Assembly: GCA_032161105.1 (NCBI GenBank)
Contig: JAVHTD010000005.1
Length of the DNA stretch: 64,000 bases
Origin: Candidatus Thermosaccharophagus tengchongensis
Lineage (GTDB): Bacteria; Armatimonadota; Fervidibacteria; Fervidibacterales; Thermosaccharophagaceae
Strand: one strand, 5' to 3'
The notes below the pieces were generated by a model. It saw nothing but the letters and a program-made list of their open reading frames with translations. It was not told the origin of the DNA and searched no databases. Position numbers and translations under genes: made by a program. Below, piece by piece: positions 62,263 through 64,000 of this stretch (within the stretch, counting starts at the first letter, position 1; each line of letters begins with the position of its first letter).

Positions 62263-63531
62263 ATGCACTTGAAGGTGAGCGCCGGTAAGAACATCACTGT
62301 TGATGACATGCCGATGGAGATAGTTGAGCGCAAGGGGAAGGGTCATCCTGACACGCTTTGTGATGGGGCTGCTGAGGAACTCAGCAGGATGCTATGCATG
62401 TTCTATCGTGAGCATGCTGGACGCATACTTCACCACAATGTGGACAAGTGTGTCCTTGCCGGTGGACGCTCATCACCGAGGCTTGGCGGGGGTGCAATTG
62501 AAGAGCCAATCTATGTTCTGCTTGTTGGCAGGGCAACTCTTGAGTGGCGTGGCTCACAGGATGAAATTCGGCGCGTGCCAATCGGGAGGATGGTGCTGCA
62601 GGGCATTCAGAGTTGGTTTAAGGAGCAGCTCCCACATTTGCCCATACCGGGCGCACTTATGGTTGACTACAGGATAAAGCGAGGAAGCGAGGACTTGATC
62701 GCCAATTACGACATGACCTCCAATGTTCCGAGGGCAAATGACACTTCGCTTGCGGTCGCATTTGCTCCCCTCTCAGCGACCGAGCAGCTCGTCAAAGAGA
62801 CGGAGATGTTCCTCAACTCGCCCGAGTTGAAAGCCGAACTGCCAGCACTCGGTGAGGATATAAAGGTTATGGGGGTAAGGGTGGGCAGGCATATAAGGTT
62901 AACGGTGGCAGCTGCGTTCATTGACCGATATGTGAGGTCAGTTAGCGAATACTACGAATTGAAGGAAGCGGTAAAGTGGAGACTCAAACAACACTTGTGG
63001 GAGAATTGCCTGACCAAGTTCCCGGTGGAGTATGATGTTGACATTGAGCTCAACACAGCTGATGAAGGCGATACCATTTACATCACCGTTACTGGGACGA
63101 GTGCCGAGTGCGGTGATGATGGACAGGTTGGGAGGGGTAACAGGATTAACGGATTGATAACACCATACCGCCCAATGAGCCTTGAAGCTGCAGCCGGCAA
63201 GAATCCTGTATCTCATGTCGGTAAGATCTATCAGGTGATGGCTCAATTGATCGCAAACAAGCTTGTTGAAGCACGACCATCCCTCAGGCAAGTCTATTGC
63301 TATATGGTTAGCCAAATTGGGCATCCGATCACAGATCCGCAAGCGGTCAACATTGAATACTACGGTGATGTGTCGGAAAGCGAGATGAGACAACTTGCAA
63401 GCAATGCTGTTGATCAAGTGTTATCGCAGTGGCGTGAAATACAAGATGGATTTGTTGAAGGGACATGGGGGGTTAACTACCCGGGCATGGTTGTTGCCCG
63501 CCAAGTTGAACCAGCCAAGAAGGGCACTTAA
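62263..63531 (+). CDS. mat: S-adenosylmethionine synthetase, archaeal type (COG1812/MetK2)
   Basis: [83 protein letters not shown]. Confidence 0.93.
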   Translation: MHLKVSAGKNITVDDMPMEIVERKGKGHPDTLCDGAAEELSRMLCMFYREHAGRILHHNVDKCVLAGGRSSPRLGGGAIEEPIYVLLVGRATLEWRGSQDEIRRVPIGRMVLQGIQSWFKEQLPHLPIPGALMVDYRIKRGSEDLIANYDMTSNVPRANDTSLAVAFAPLSATEQLVKETEMFLNSPELKAELPALGEDIKVMGVRVGRHIRLTVAAAFIDRYVRSVSEYYELKEAVKWRLKQHLWENCLTKFPVEYDVDIELNTADEGDTIYITVTGTSAECGDDGQVGRGNRINGLITPYRPMSLEAAAGKNPVSHVGKIYQVMAQLIANKLVEARPSLRQVYCYMVSQIGHPITDPQAVNIEYYGDVSESEMRQLASNAVDQVLSQWREIQDGFVEGTWGVNYPGMVVARQVEPAKKGT

Positions 63532-63540
63532 AGAGTGCGA

Positions 63541-63571
63541 GCGAAGTTGTTGGTAGCCCCAACAATTCCGC
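63541..63571 (+). terminator. Hairpin after mat (possible terminator)
   Basis: GCGAAGTTGTTGG / CCAACAATTCCGC imperfect stem; weak U tract. Confidence 0.4.
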
Positions 63572-63738
63572 GAAATTTAGCTACCTCAACCGCAACATGG
63601 GAGATTTAATCACCGATGGTTGAATCCAATGTAAGCGCAGCTCTAAGGGACCGCGCGGCATCTAAATTGGCGGAAAGTGACATTCAATCCAATACCGCGT
63701 TGAGCATGGCATAATTGCCTGCTTGGAGGTGCAACGAG

Positions 63739-63999
63739 GTGAGATCAGGAAACTGCTGCAGGACTGTGATAGCTGTAGTGTTGCTCGGTGCAGTGTCAGT
63801 TTTGCTCGTTGAACTTGTTTGTGCGCAGGGTGGCAACTTCACAGCTGCTCAAGTTGTATCCGCACTTGAGCGGCACCTTCGCAAGCGCATTACAAATCCA
63901 GTCGACCCCAAGAATCTGCGCATAAAGGTGGTTCCATCCCCAAACCCGGAGGAGACTGCCAAGGGAAAATTCCAACTCGTTGAGATCAGCGGCAGCCCT
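63739..63999 (+). CDS. Secreted or membrane-anchored protein, runs off the right edge (possibly DUF2993/LmeA-like)
   Basis: GGAGGTG SD, then GTG; VRSGNCCRTVIAVVLLGAVSVLLVELVCAQGG...LRIKVVPSP..ETAKGKFQLVEISGSP is open to the window end. Confidence 0.55.
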   Translation, partial: MRSGNCCRTVIAVVLLGAVSVLLVELVCAQGGNFTAAQVVSALERHLRKRITNPVDPKNLRIKVVPSPNPEETAKGKFQLVEISGSP

Positions 64000-64000
64000 G

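Noticed and set aside
63620-63700. Two AATCCAAT words resembling CRISPR repeat starts
   Set aside because: Only two 8-nt matches with no longer repeat identity; no array or cas genes

Overview
Gene-dense bacterial chromosomal segment with about 47 CDSs. I saw no rRNA, tRNA, CRISPR array or transposase. The DUF1559 prepilin-like protein with the 'LFPVFARAREKARQ' signature, the ceramidase-like and DUF4838 proteins and the general gene style suggest an Armatimonadota (possibly Fervidibacter-like) organism; this is an inference. Most of the window is scattered housekeeping and envelope genes: mdh, eno, cimA, aconitase, tadABC, rfbB, rbsK, hslV, prmC, sua5, a GldAFG-like ABC system, speB, coaX, htpX, an M16 pair and galU. 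The last 18 kb is the most interesting part. It contains (1) a stand-alone 100-aa protein made only of two GyrA-CTD beta-pinwheel blades with strong expression signals, a candidate DNA-wrapping nucleoid protein; (2) a convergent SNF2 (YqhH-like) helicase plus a YqhG-like partner fused to about 13 tandem 15-aa zinc-finger repeats; (3) a SAM-I riboswitch whose expression platform appears to sequester the SD of a 61-aa upstream ORF coupled to an archaeal-type SAM synthetase; (4) an orphan BrxC/DUF6079-like ATPase; and (5) a promoter, structured leader and terminator ahead of galU. All family assignments come from motif recognition, not database searches.
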